The notes below the pieces were generated by a model. It did no database searches. It had not been told where the DNA came from and was given only the letters and a program-made list of their open reading frames with translations. DNA of 63,622 nt, filler included, from Octopus bimaculoides (taxonomy: Eukaryota), in assembly GCF_001194135.2 (NCBI RefSeq). It is 6 parts of 6 records of this genome, joined end to end, with 100 filler letters (N's around TTAATTAATTAA, not from the genome) between each part and the next. Parts side by side here need not be neighbours in the genome. Positions count along the whole stretch, not along the records: positions 1 to 28,744 come from NC_068987.1; 5 more parts are not named here. One strand, written 5' to 3'. This document shows positions 12,587 to 25,307 of this stretch, in pieces (position 1 is the first letter of the stretch; each line of letters starts with the position of its first letter). The position numbers and the translations under genes are program-made.

Positions 12587-13315
12587 TATATGTTCATATA
12601 TGCACATACATGCATATATACATATACATGTATACGCATGCATTTACTGATTTGCTGATTGGAACGATTTTCAATATTTTATCTCGGCCGGTCATTTCTA
12701 GCTCAGAAGCAAATCGTAAAAAGAAGATAACAGATACGCTCTGCCTTACAGTTTTTGTTTCTTATGCAAGCCTTTACTAATTTAGTTTGAAGGAGGTTTT
12801 TTTAGCCTTGTATTCTCTCCGATATGTTGATCCTCCATAATTTATGGAATTATGGATCTGCCTACTTTTAGCTACAATTACAACATTTGCAACTTTACTA
12901 TGCTGTCTCGAAGTAGATTGTTGCATTTATGTTCTTATTTCCACCTTTCTCTTTAACCTCTCTCTTTCTCTCCCTCCCTCNNNNNNNNNNNNNNNNNNNN
13001 NNNNNNNNNNNNNNNNNNNNNNNNNNNNNNNNNNNNNNNNNNNNNNNNNNNNNNNNNNNNNNNNNNNNNNNNNNNNNNNNNNNNNNNNNNNNNNNNNNNN
13101 NNNNNNNNNNNNNNNNNNNNNNNNNNNNNNNNNNNNNNNNNNNNNNNNNNNNNNNNNNNNNNNNNNNNNNNNNNNNNNNNNNNNNNNNNNNNNNNNNNNN
13201 NNNNNNNNNNNNNNNNNNNNNNNNNNNNNNNNNNNNNNNNNNNNNNNNNNNNNNNNNNNNNNNNNNNNNNNNTGTGTGTGTGTGTGTATGTGTGTGTGTG
13301 TGTGTATACATACAT

Positions 13316-13357
<42 letters not shown>

Positions 13358-14407
13358 ATACATGTATATATATATATAAACATACATATATGTGTGTGCG
13401 TTGTGTGTGTGGTGGCTGTTTGTGTATGTGTTGTGTGTGCTTGTGTGTGTGTGTATGTGTGTGTATGTGAACTTGAGCTTCATACCCAAATTAACCCCCA
13501 CCCTCTCATTTGTCTACCTGTATCAACCGATATTTCTTTCCCTCCCCCTTTCTAACAATGGTGCACTCTCTATCTCTGTCTGTCATAATCAGATGAGACT
13601 GCTGAATCATCATTTATTACAAAAGGATGCTTACTCGGGTTGTCAAGGAGAAACAAACGAAACACTACTAGTAGAAGTAGTAATAATGATAATAATAATA
13701 ATAATAATGATAATAATAATAATAACAACAACAATAACAATCGCTCTGACAACATGTTGGATAGTGATATCCGTCTTAAACCTATTATTAGTTCTGTTGA
13801 TCGCTTGCTGCTTATATAGTTGTTAACGTTTATCTTTGTTTATCATGAAAATATCAATACACTTTATTGCTTTCTATTTCTTTATGGTTTGGTTAGTGTA
13901 AGAGAGACGTCGCTTCTGTCCTTTTTTCATAGCTTTCTAAGTCTTTTAGGAGAAAGACAGAAAATTTTCCTTAGACTGGAAACAGATGTTCTTTCTACTG
14001 ATAACTGAGTCGACTTCACTGGAGTTATTTGAGGGTCAGATGTGGAATTAAAACGACCAATGGTTGTAGGACACCAATCAGTATTACTAAGGAAGTCGTT
14101 ACTATATTTGTTGACATAAATGCCAACACCACTCCCCCACCACCACTATACAGCTGAGCCCTGGTTGAATAGATGTATAATCAAAGGTGTTTCGCGATCA
14201 ACTCGTATTTTGTTCACACATTATGTATCTAGGATTACATCATCTAATGTGTCTTTGTTTTTCTTATTAGTTAAGTGTAATTTCAAGGTATCTTCTACGG
14301 CTATTTTTAGCAAGTCGTACGACCTCTTATAGGTTCCCTAAGTGTAGGTGATTAATCTCAAGTTATACCTGATTGAATAGACATATAATCAAAATATTCT
14401 ATATGTA

Positions 14408-14682
14408 GTGAAGGCGCGTGGCTTAATGGCTAGGGTATTCGGCTCGTGAGTTCAATACCCGACGGCGTGTTGTGTTCTTGAGCAAGACACATTATTTCAC
14501 ACTGATGCAGTCCGCTCTACTGGCAAAAATATACCGTATCTGTATTTCCAAGAGCCAGCCTTGTAATATTCTGTGTCCCGCGTGTCTGTAGAGTGCTCAG
14601 CCACTTGCACGTTAATTTCATGAGCAGGTTGTTCCGTCGAACGGATCAACTGGAACACTCATCGTTGTAACCGACAGAGAGC
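14408..14682 (+). mobile_element. tRNA-derived SINE
   Basis: Head GGCGCGTGGCTTAATGG...GAGTTCAATACC; body shared with 6140-6461. Confidence 0.8.
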
Positions 14683-16225
14683 ATGTATATGTAGTATGAA
14701 ATCCAGAATCTAAGGAATATGTTGTGGGTTTGAATCATCAACAAATAATCGAATCTAATAAGTTTAAGTAACGATAAATGTGAAGTAAATATATTACGCC
14801 TTGTGGAAGAAGAGAAAATATTAACATTTCGAGCATAGTCTCTTTATCGAGTTAGAAAAGGGAGGTAATAAGAAAGTAAGAGAAACAACCTGCGTGTTGC
14901 TGTCAGAGAATCATGGTTATAACAACCGAAGGAAGTGGGTAGATGGGTATGTGGTTTCTGAATAGAAGAGGGCGAAGATTGCTGGGTAGAAATGTCGATA
15001 ATGCTTAAAAAAGAAAAAGACAAGGAAATAGACACAGAATCGGTGAATACATTAGTCAGCGAATGTGGACACAACAGTATGTGTATGGGAGTGTGCAGAT
15101 AGAAGAGTCGAGTAATGCAAGTCTGAGTGCATCTGTATGCATGGGTGGGATCGTAGATTGAAGGAAGAGAGATGGAAGGAATTAGAGGGGAAAATAAAAG
15201 GTTGTTGAAATAGGAGAGAGAACGTGCCTAGAGGAAGAATTCGTTGTTAAAAAGAAAACTGGTGAATGGGAAACCACATGAATTGAGTAAATAAAAGACA
15301 GAAAATTGAGGAGGAGAACACTCCGTGGAGTTCAAATGGTGCGCAACAATTCCATCTCCTCAGTACTATATGTGATTTAATCCTTCTCCCGTCCTGTGTA
15401 TCACATTTGATAAAACGTAAATGTTTTCTTGACGTTCATGTGTCATTTTTAAAGCATATTGTTTTCAACCACCAGAATAACTTGGAACTTATGTAAAGAA
15501 AAATATATATTACTCACAACATTTGAAATAAGGCTTAACAAGTCTGAAAACAAGTATGGATGTTCAGGACAAATTTATAAAAATACTTTGGACAGGTAAA
15601 GGTTTAATTAAATTAAATATCAAATTAGTTATTTGTGATATTCCTTTAGTAGGTGTGTGAAAACTAATCAAGCATTTCTCGGGTGCTGGATATAGAAAAG
15701 GCTTGTAATCATTGTATTACATCTATGAAGCTATGTAATGAAGGCAAATCTGAGTTTCCTTATTTGTGTACATATCTGACGTCATTCACTGATGGTATCG
15801 ATTCATGGCCACAGAAGAGTGATTGAGACCAATACAAGTATAAGTGAATATATGTTCCAGCTTAAACCTTTGCCCAATTTTGAATGTGGACATAATCCTA
15901 TTCAATATGATAGTTTACAGAGATAGCATTTATTTTTTTATTTCAGCATGGGAAACGGAATAAGCTCCTTTCTTTTATTAAACAGACACTCTGCTAAACT
16001 GTCATTCATCGCTGCAGTTTGATTGACATTGTGGGTAGTACACCATGTTGTAAAATTAAGAAACGTTATTAGTGTGCTATATGTGTTAAGATGGCGCCAA
16101 GCGTCTTTATGTTGTGAAGGGAAGGTGTTATTTGAAAGATGTAATAGAAGAATGACATTTGAAAAAGAAAACACGCAAAAAGAAAGTGAAGCAAGAAAAG
16201 GAAAACAAGTAAAAAGAAATGTAAG

Positions 16226-16263
<38 letters not shown>

Positions 16264-16684
16264 NNNNNNNNNNNNNNNNNNNNNNNNNNNNNNNNNNNNN
16301 NNNNNNNNNNNNNNNNNNNNNNNNNNNNNNNNNNNNNNNNNNNNNNNNNNNNNNNNNNNNNNNNNNNNNNNNNNNNNNNNNNNNNNNNNNNNNNNNNNNN
16401 NNNNNNNNNNNNNNNNNNNNNNNNNNNNNNNNNNNNNNNNNNNNNNNNNNNNNNNNNNNNNNNNNNNNNNNNNNNNNNNNNNNNNNNNNNNNNNNNNNNN
16501 NNNNNNNNNNNNNNNNNNNNNNNNNNNNNNNNNNNNNNNNNNNNNNNNNNNNNNNNNNNNNNNNNNNNNNNNNNNNNNNNNNNNNNNNNNNNNNNNNNNN
16601 NNNNNNNNNNNNNNNNNNNNNNNNNNNNNNNNNNNNNNNNNNNNNNNNNNNNNNNNNNNNNNNNNNNNNNNNNNNGGAGACCGT

Positions 16685-17148
16685 TCTTTATCTTTTGTTT
16701 TTTTACTTGTTTCAGTCATTGGACTGCAGCCATGCCAGGGCATCGCCTTGAAGGGTTTTAGTTGAACGAATCGACCCCTATGTTTTTTTAAAGCCTGGTA
16801 CTTATTCTATTGGTCTCTTTTGTTTGTTTATACGGGTGCATAAACAAACCAACACCAATTGTAAAGTGGTGGCGGGGGAAAAACACAACGACACACAAAC
16901 ATATCTATATTTTTATCTCTCTCCACCTCTCTCTCTCTCTCCCTCTCTCTCTATATATATATATATATATTATATATATATATATATGTGTGTGCGTGTT
17001 TTTATATATGTACCAAGCTTCTCTCAGTTTCTGTTTATCAAATCCACTCACGAAACTTTGTGTCATTCCGAGTCTACAGCAAAATACAAGTGTCACGCAA
17101 TGGGATTGAAACCGAATTCATGAGGCTGGGAAGCAAACTTATTACCTT
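16685..17148 (-). mobile_element. CORE-type (OR-like) SINE with internal microsatellite
   Basis: Tail TTTTACTTGTTTCAGTCATTGGACTGC.. is homologous to 20461-20945 (inverted) and 48205-48636. Confidence 0.75.
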
Positions 17149-18529
17149 ATTTCTATTGAATTTTTTTCCAGTATTTAACGGGGATATATATATATATATG
17201 AAACTTTCATCCATTTAAGGAAAACAGAAAAATTAATTATTCCATGTTGCAGTATCTTGCCCGGAGTCTGCGGTATATTGTCTTTGAATGTGTAAGCTAT
17301 TCGTGTCTTATTGCTGTAGGGATCTGCATTATTGAGGATTTCATTATTCGATGCCAGTTTAGAGAGTCTTCTACTGCTTTTATTAGACAAGTTGAAGTGT
17401 TTTCTTTTAATTTCTTAATGTGTTTAATATCAGCGCTAAGCTATTTGTTTTTCATTTAAACCCATAAAAGCTTGGATTTAAATACCTCTATTTTCTTAAA
17501 ATATGTGTAGATAGGTGTGTCGATTATCGTTGGTATAATAGTCATAAAGATTTTTCCAGCGAATTGTTGGTTTTTTTTAAAATTAAACTTCTTTCAGAAA
17601 TATAAAGAAGGCAACAAAACTCCCCGGTTACGCTTAGACAATGAAAGAACATACAACTGCGTTCGGCATCAAGTAGGTCACCGGGAGATGTAGACCATAT
17701 AACGATTTTACAATAACATGCATGTAATGCACAGCCAAAAAGGACAAAAAACTTCAATAAATTTGCAGACGGGTCGACAAGGATCATCTGGTCATCCAGA
17801 GTGAAGTATGACTAATGAGTTGTGGTGACTTTTAAAGTGAAGAAGAATTACGCATCGTTAATCCCACTCTGTTGTCAGTGTCCATCTTTAATCCAGTGGC
17901 AAGACCAGGGCAAGACGATTGGGGATGGAGACGGATGCAGCGGATGATAAAAGTAGCTTGCTAGACTCATCTTGATCTCATCTCTATACTCCACAATGCA
18001 TTGCTGAAGTCACATTCCGCTTACTAGAAATAATTTCGGAGTGAAGAAGGAATGAATTTCAACCACAACAGCTCCTTTATAGGATCCAGTTAGCTCAAAA
18101 CATCATCAGGAGGAACCACGTCCGGTTTCGGCCCCTACTCCTCTACCGTTTTGACGTGGCGGGGCCCCTCCTTTCGGAGGTGTCTTCAGCTCTGGTGTTG
18201 AGTGCATGTCTTCTTTCTTCTGTTCCCTGGCCTCTTCGATGCAGCGTCAACGAGTGTCAGCGGCCGACTGACTGTCTTGTCAAATTTCCCTTTAAATAGT
18301 AGTCAATTACTAATATTTTAATTATTTTATCAAGTTACTGGCGACACCTTTAAGCATTTCAGTCTTATGACCTAATCAGTTAATCATTGATGTCCATAGA
18401 TGTCTCCACGCGTACCGAATCACTGAACGAAGAATTTCTAGGGACTGTAGAAGAAGTCTTCAAACATAAAGTAAAACTGCTAACTCATAAGCAGTCAAAT
18501 TTCTGTTTATAAACATATATATATATATG

Positions 18530-18830
18530 ATGGACTTTCCCGTCGTTGGACGACGTATGAGGGTTCGACAATTTCTTACCGAACAACTACACAGAGGATT
18601 TGTTTATGGTGAGCAAATGTTTGTGTACACATAAGCTCACTGCCTTCACCAAATCGACATTATCTGGACAGGTGCAACGGGTGCCACATGTCAGATGATG
18701 AAATGATCGCAGAGCAACGTGAAATGAAGTACTTTGCTCAAGAACACAACACAACGTCCGGTCTGGGAATCGAACCCACGATCTCACAATCGTGAGTGCA
18801 GCACCTTAACCACTAAGCCATGCGCCTTCA
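18530..18830 (-). mobile_element. tRNA-derived SINE
   Basis: Minus strand: TGAAGGCGCATGGCTTAGTGGTTAAGG...GGGTTCGATTCCCAGACC (A and B boxes). Confidence 0.85.
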
Positions 18831-18864
<34 letters not shown>

Positions 18865-19813
18865 TANNNNNNNNNNCACACACACACACACACACACACA
18901 TTAGAACACAGAATATGTTGCTAAAGACGGCTTTCAACTTCTTAACTACGATACCAACTTCTCATGACAAAATGAAAAAAATAAAATAAAATAAAATAAA
19001 ATAAAATAAAATAAAATAAAATAAAATAAAATAAATGATCAAAACACGAAATATAAATTTGACAAACCGGAACACTGATATCATTATCGTCATATTTTGA
19101 TGAAAAATATTTTGACATTCAATACCTGAAATCAGAATATTTAAAGTAGTGATTCCCCAAAGTAGTCAATATCGTTTTTTTGTAGTCTATGTAGGAGGAC
19201 TCTATGAATAATTAGTTACTGCGTTTATTTTACTATTTCTGTTAAATTTCTCTTGTATTTATTTTCTATTGTGCTTGTCTGACAGTTATTATGGATGATG
19301 CTTTTAATAGAATTACGTAGGATAGACATAGCAAAGAAAAAGGTAATTCTTTGTCAAAACCAGTCTATAAACCGGTTTTTATTTCCTGTAAAAACTAATT
19401 TGGGTGACGACAATAAAATAAAATAATCAAATGAAATTCTGTTTAGAATTCTGTTTCACCAAATGTATAATCTTTACAAAATTTTCGAACATTAGTGTAA
19501 AGAAACTGGAGTATAATCAAATTTTGCATAAAAAGAATTAAATAAAATAAAACAAATATATGTCTCGAAGATGCATTGGTGTTCCTCTAAACATGACTGA
19601 GACATAATTGTATTTATTGAAAAGGTAGCTTCGCAACACATAGCTCCGGGTTCAATTTCGAAACGCGCTATCTTGAACATGTCTTTTCCACCATTATCTT
19701 TTGCTGACCAGTACTTTGTGAAATGGAATTTGGTAAAAAAAATACACACACACACACACACACACACACACTGTCTCTCTTTCCCTCATCTCCCTCCCCT
19801 TTCTCTCTTTCTC

Positions 19814-19845
<32 letters not shown>

Positions 19846-20223
19846 CATATATAGGTGTAAGCGTGGCTGTGTGGCAAGAACTACATGGTTCTAGGTTCAG
19901 TCCCACTGCGTGATACCTTAGTTTTCTACTATTGAAGCAATAGGATAGGTACCTATCTGCCTGGAGCAAAGCTTGGCTGAACTTGGGGTTTTTGGGGAGA
20001 GAATGCAACGCCTAAATTTATACACTACAAATGATCACGTTATCTGAGACAATAAAAATGTGAAAGACCTAATGATTTAAAGAATGAACTAAAACAAAAT
20101 GCTTCCCTTTACAAACTTGCTACTAACACATACATATTCATGCATGCATGTATACATACATGAACATATATACACACCTACGTACATACATATACTTATA
20201 CATTCATATGCATACATACAAAC

Positions 20224-20330
20224 ATGGTGGAAGTCAACTTGTGTCCAACTGCGACTGCTTCTTGGAATGTCGTAAATTTCCTGGATGTTACAATCGTCTA
20301 CCACGGAACTGCTGGCCAGTTTCAAAATTA
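20224..20330 (+). mobile_element. Possible Penelope-like RT relic
   Basis: Short frame MVEVNLCPTATASWNVVNFLDVTIVYHG. VNFLDVT resembles the PLE RT C-terminal motif, but the match is very short. Confidence 0.35.
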
Positions 20331-20460
20331 AGGAAGCTTTGTTTAGTTCACCTTTTCTAGGTTCTAACTGATGAATAGGTAAGCAGTGGAGAAGTCTGCC
20401 GAGTCACTCGAGGTGCTGCTGAATTTCTCTATCACCATACTTTCAAAAAGAAGTGACCAC

Positions 20461-20945
20461 AGGAGTGGCTGTGTGGAAAGTAACTTGCTTACCAACCACA
20501 TGGTTCCAGGTTCATTCTCACTGCGTGGCACCTTGGGCAAGTGTCTTCTACTATAGCCTCGGGCCGACCAAAGCCNNNNNNNNNNNNNNNNNNNNNNNNN
20601 NNNNNNNNNNNNNNNNNNNNNNNNNNNNNNNNNNNNNNNNNNNNNNNNNNNNNNNNNNNNNNNNNNNNNNNNNNNNNNNNNNNNNNNNNNNNNNNNNNNN
20701 NNNNNNNNATATATATAAGTATGTGTGTGTGTATGTTTGTGTGTCTGTGTTTGTCCCCCCAACGTCGCTTGACAACCGATGGTGGTGTGTTAAAACGTCC
20801 CCGTAACTTAGCGGTTCGGCAAAAGAGATCGATAGAATAAGTACTAGGCTTACAAAGAATAAGTCCTGGGGTCGATTTTCTCGACTAAAAGGCGGTGCTC
20901 TAGTATGGCCGCAGTCAAATGACTGAAACAAGTAAAAGAGTAAAG
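20461..20945 (+). mobile_element. CORE-type (OR-like) SINE, interrupted by a gap
   Basis: GGAGTGGCTGTGTGG head, CORE-like CACCTTGGGCAAGTG, tail ATGACTGAAACAAGTAAAAGAG(TAAAAGAG). Confidence 0.85.
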
Positions 20946-21095
20946 AGTAAAAGAGTAACGTTTCAAGCGCAAGTGCATGTTTGAAATTACATACTTCCAA
21001 CTGGTGAAACCTGTATGTTCCCACTACTTCCCATTGCCGCAGAACTTTCTCCCATAGAGTCTATTCTATGAAGTTTCTATGCTGAAACAATTCAT

Positions 21096-21433
21096 TGTTC
21101 AGCTACGATGTTTAACCGGTCTAAATAGTTTAAGCTGCTAAGCTACGCTTCTTAACTTGAAAAAATGCTTTGTTTAACTACGGCGCTTAACCGAGCTAAA
21201 TGCTTTGAGCTGTTAAGCTAAGGCCTGTAGCAGGTCTAAATGAACTGTGTTGTTTTTGTACGACCCTTAACTAGACAAGATGCTTTGAACTTTTGAGCTA
21301 TGGTCCTTAAGCGGACTAAATACTTTGAGCTGTTTAGCCACGGCTCTCAACCGGTTTAAACACTTTGAGCTGCTTGGTTACGGGCCTTAACTGGTCTAAA
21401 TATTTTGAGCTTAGTTACGCTCCTTTACGTTAA
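21096..21433. repeat. Diverged 40-bp tandem array, about 8.5 units
   Basis: Units start at 21096, 21136 (35 bp), 21171, 21211, 21251, 21291, 21331, 21371 and 21411 (partial). Consensus approx TGTTTAGCTACGGCCCTTAACCGGTCTAAATACTTTGAGC. Confidence 0.9.
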
Positions 21434-22678
21434 TTCGCTTCAAATCTGACGTCATTTTAAAGTATCTTTTATCTGACCTTCGCCCAACCAATGTCAATAA
21501 AATATGACAACCAGTAATATATTGAGATTTGTTTAGATGAACTCTCAGTAAAAAATAAATATTGCGATCCAATAAGAAACTGCCACATGATCATCCGACC
21601 TACCAGATCGGATACAAAAATTTACATCATATCACGTCCTAATATCTTAATACTTTTAAAAATAAAGATCGCATTAGACAATGTAGTTCTAGATACACTA
21701 AATATGAAAAATAAGATGAGATGGTTACGGCTGGAATGCTTCTGATCGATCAGGACACTTACGAAGAACTAACAAACAACTGCAACATCACACAGAGAAA
21801 CGATTTTCCCTTTTTCCTGTAAGATATGAAATCATAATAAAATTTTCATAACGGCACAAGACCAGAAATTTTGAGTAGGAGGCTAGTAAATTAGAATCAA
21901 TCCCAGGGCTTGACAGGCTCTTCATGTTATCGGCTCCGGAAATATGAAAGACGAAGCTGGCCCCTGCAAGATTTGAACTCGTTTAACCCGTAAAAAAAAA
22001 AAAAAAATCAAAGCTTATACTGTAAAAAATAATTTGTGCAACGTTCTAGTGAGTCTGCCGACCAATCGCTTCCTCAAGAAATCAGTATTGAAATATCAAA
22101 GCAACTTCGTCGACTCAGATCAGTGAGAAGTTACTTTCACGCTAAAATGATTTAAGTAGGCAGAGGAACAGCTCATAAGTGGATCGGGTGACAGGTGTAT
22201 ATAATTCAAATAACTTTGCTTTTAAACATGTCAACGTCTGGCTTTTTCACGCTGTTCTGTTGAACAATGAGTCGTTTCTATATCATAACAATGTCATCAT
22301 TCATTGTAACACATAACGTTGATGATTGTCTGTCTGTTCGTGTGAGTAGGTGTATCCATATGTGGGAGTGTACGTATGTGTGTGAATATATGTCAGGTAA
22401 ATAGTTCGTGTTTCGCTCTTTCTCTATCTTTATGTCTGTATCTGTCTCTGTCTGTCTCTCCCTCTCTCTCTCTCTCATTCAGTATGTGTGCATGTGTGTG
22501 TGTGTGTGCGTTCGTGTGTGTGTGAGAGAGAGAGAAAGAGAGAGCGCATACTGTATATGCATATGTGTGCTTAAAAATGAAGTTATGTTGGTGTGTGATT
22601 ACACAAAGAGGTGTATATTTATGCACATGTAAAACTCAAGATGTTTAAGTTAAAGGGTATACGTACGTATATAGGCAT

Positions 22679-22720
<42 letters not shown>

Positions 22721-23009
22721 ACACACACACACACACAACACACACACACACACACAGACGTATAAATATGAAACTAGGACACGTTTTTGCATGTGTACAC
22801 GTACAAATGGGTGCGTTTACATGTGCGTTAAATATGCACATCGGTGAACTCATATATAGGTGCATACATATAAAGTTGTAGTATGTGTGTGTGTGTGTGT
22901 CTGTGTGCGTGTGTGTGCGTGTGTGCATAAAGCAGGCATTTGTTTATATTTGTCTCACGTGGTTGGCCAAAAGCATCTAGCTTAATACACAATTAAAATT
23001 ATACACATC

Positions 23010-23040
<31 letters not shown>

Positions 23041-23308
23041 CTATCTGTCTTTCTGTCTGTCTGTCTGTCTGTCTGTCTGCCTGTCTGTCTGTCTGTATGC
23101 CTGTCTGTCTTTCTATCTACGTACCGATATGTAGGTATGCACATATGTGTGTGAGTGTGTATGTATGTACATGTACTCATGCATACATACACATACATGA
23201 ATATATAAATAGATGGATTTCGATCAGATGATTATAGTAATCCATACTAAGAAGGACATAAATGTAGCACAAGAATACTTGCTGTTTATTTGCTTTTATG
23301 ATATGGCC

Positions 23309-24091
23309 TTTCCCGCAATGTAGTCATCGACGATGAGATCAACACCAAACTCGCCAAAGCGAGTGCTGCCTTCGGCAGACTCCACAAGGATGTATGGGAC
23401 AGAAGAGGCATCACCTCCATGACAAAGATCAAGGTCTACAAAGCTGTCGTACTCACTACCCTACTCTATGGATGTGAGTCGTGGACCGTCTACCAACGCC
23501 ACACCAAAAACCTAAATCACTTCCACACCACCAGACTGAGTCAACTACTTGGCATAAGCTGGCAGGAAAGGATACCAGGCACAGAAGTCCTCCCTCGTGC
23601 CGGCTCCCAAGCATTTATACCATCCTGATGAAAACACAGCTTCACTGGGCTGGTCATGTAGCCCGCATGCCAGACTACAGAATAACCAAGAAGCTTCTGT
23701 TTGGTGAGCTCCAGCATGGCAAGCGCTCCCATGGCGGCCAGAGGAAACGGTTTAAAGACAGCCTAAAGGTATCACCAAAGGCCTTCAACATTGACCCGTC
23801 ATCATGGGAGCAGACAACTTTAGATAGGACCAAGTGGCGGGCCGCTGTTCACAACGGTGCCCCGCCAATATGAAAGTGACAGGAAAGCTGCTGCAGAGAA
23901 GCGCAGGCAGGACAGAAAGAACAATGCTCTGAAGCCCCCGGCACCTGCTACCATTCCCTGGCCCAACTGCAGCAGATCTTTCCAAGCGCGGATTGCGCTT
24001 ATCAGCCATCTCCGCACTCACCGATGATGACCTCCCCACCCCCCTCTAGAATGATCAGATGGTCCTCGTCGTTCTGACGGATGAACAACAC
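23309..24091 (+). mobile_element. 5'-truncated RTE-clade LINE with 11-bp TSD
   Basis: LSRNVVIDDEIN...AFGRL...KIKVYKAVVLTTLLYGCESW...LHWAGHVARM...KRFKDSLK, plus a C-terminal zinc-finger relic PNCSRSFQARIALISHLRTH. ATGATATGGCC occurs at 23298-23308 and 24092-24102. Confidence 0.92.
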
Positions 24092-24187
24092 ATGATATGG
24101 CCAGATACTACGACTTTTGTTTCTTCAGCAAAGTCTACTCTGGTAAGATGAAAGTCGTATAATCAGGCTATGTTGCTAGAAGACAAT

Positions 24188-24306
<119 letters not shown>

Positions 24307-24510
24307 CAAGCAGACACGCACATGGCATGCACATAACACGCACATGCATCGAATTCAGATAATACTATGTTTGATGACATGATAGGTGCATTTAATTAGG
24401 GTTCAGGTTGACTTGCTGCCTAAACTCCAGCTTGAACTGCAACTAAACAAGCAGAAATGTTATTGTTGCCTAAAATAGGTCGTATTTCAATAGAGCAGGT
24501 AAGTGTATGA

Positions 24511-25232
24511 TAGAATAAAAGTATAGACATGTATACAACTTGTATCAGGTGAGATTATGGCGTACATTTAAACATTGACACAACAACATGAGGGTAGAAT
24601 TGAATGTTACAGGAATTTAGGATAGAAGAAGGCGATAAAAGAGTAGTTGAATAATATTTATAATGGCATTATCTTCTGGAACAGCAATACGGTAAGTCCG
24701 AATAATTGGTATGAGAAAAACCTGGTTATAATAGGTAAAAAATCCAAAGCTGAGTGAGAAGAAAGGAGGAAGGCAGAAGGTGTGCAGATAGTTTCTTACA
24801 ACTGCCTCAAGAATAGATATGCAGATTTCATCAGTTCCATCACCGGAGGAAAACTCTGTGCGAGAATGTTGGCAGTCGATCGCATTCAGGGAGATGCACT
24901 ATTACCGCGTCTTCTTATGAAACAGCTGTAGGGAACTGTTTGCAAACCTTTATCTTTCTTCCTTTCTTCTTATCCAGCTTTGCATTTTTTGCTTACTATA
25001 ACCAGTTTCACCTAATACCCATAATTCGGACTTAGCGTATAGCTGTTCAGGGAAAATACCAGTATATACCATAACCTTTATGAACATTCTTCAACTAATC
25101 TTTTATCGAGCACTTGTGATTTAAACTCTTGTAACAATTCAATTCTAGCTTCATGTTGTGACAATGTTTAAATATATAAATGTCATAATCTGACCTGATA
25201 CTAGTTGTTTATTTGTTTATACTATTTTCTAC
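24511..25232. repeat. Long imperfect inverted repeat (arms about 300-320 bp, spacer about 100 bp)
   Basis: 24511-24812 aligns to the reverse complement of 24913-25232, e.g. GTATCAGGTGAGATTATG vs GTATCAGGTCAGATTATG and TAAGTCCGAATAATTGGTAT vs TAAGTCCGAATTATGGGTAT. About 77% identity in a hand-aligned stretch of about 130 nt. Confidence 0.9.
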
Positions 25233-25307
25233 TACACGCGCACACACACACACACACACACACATACACACACACACACATGCATACATACATACGGTTA
25301 TATACAT

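Noticed and set aside
21096-21433. CRISPR-like appearance of the 40-bp array
   Set aside because: Units are contiguous with no unique spacers, there are no cas genes, and the context is eukaryotic.
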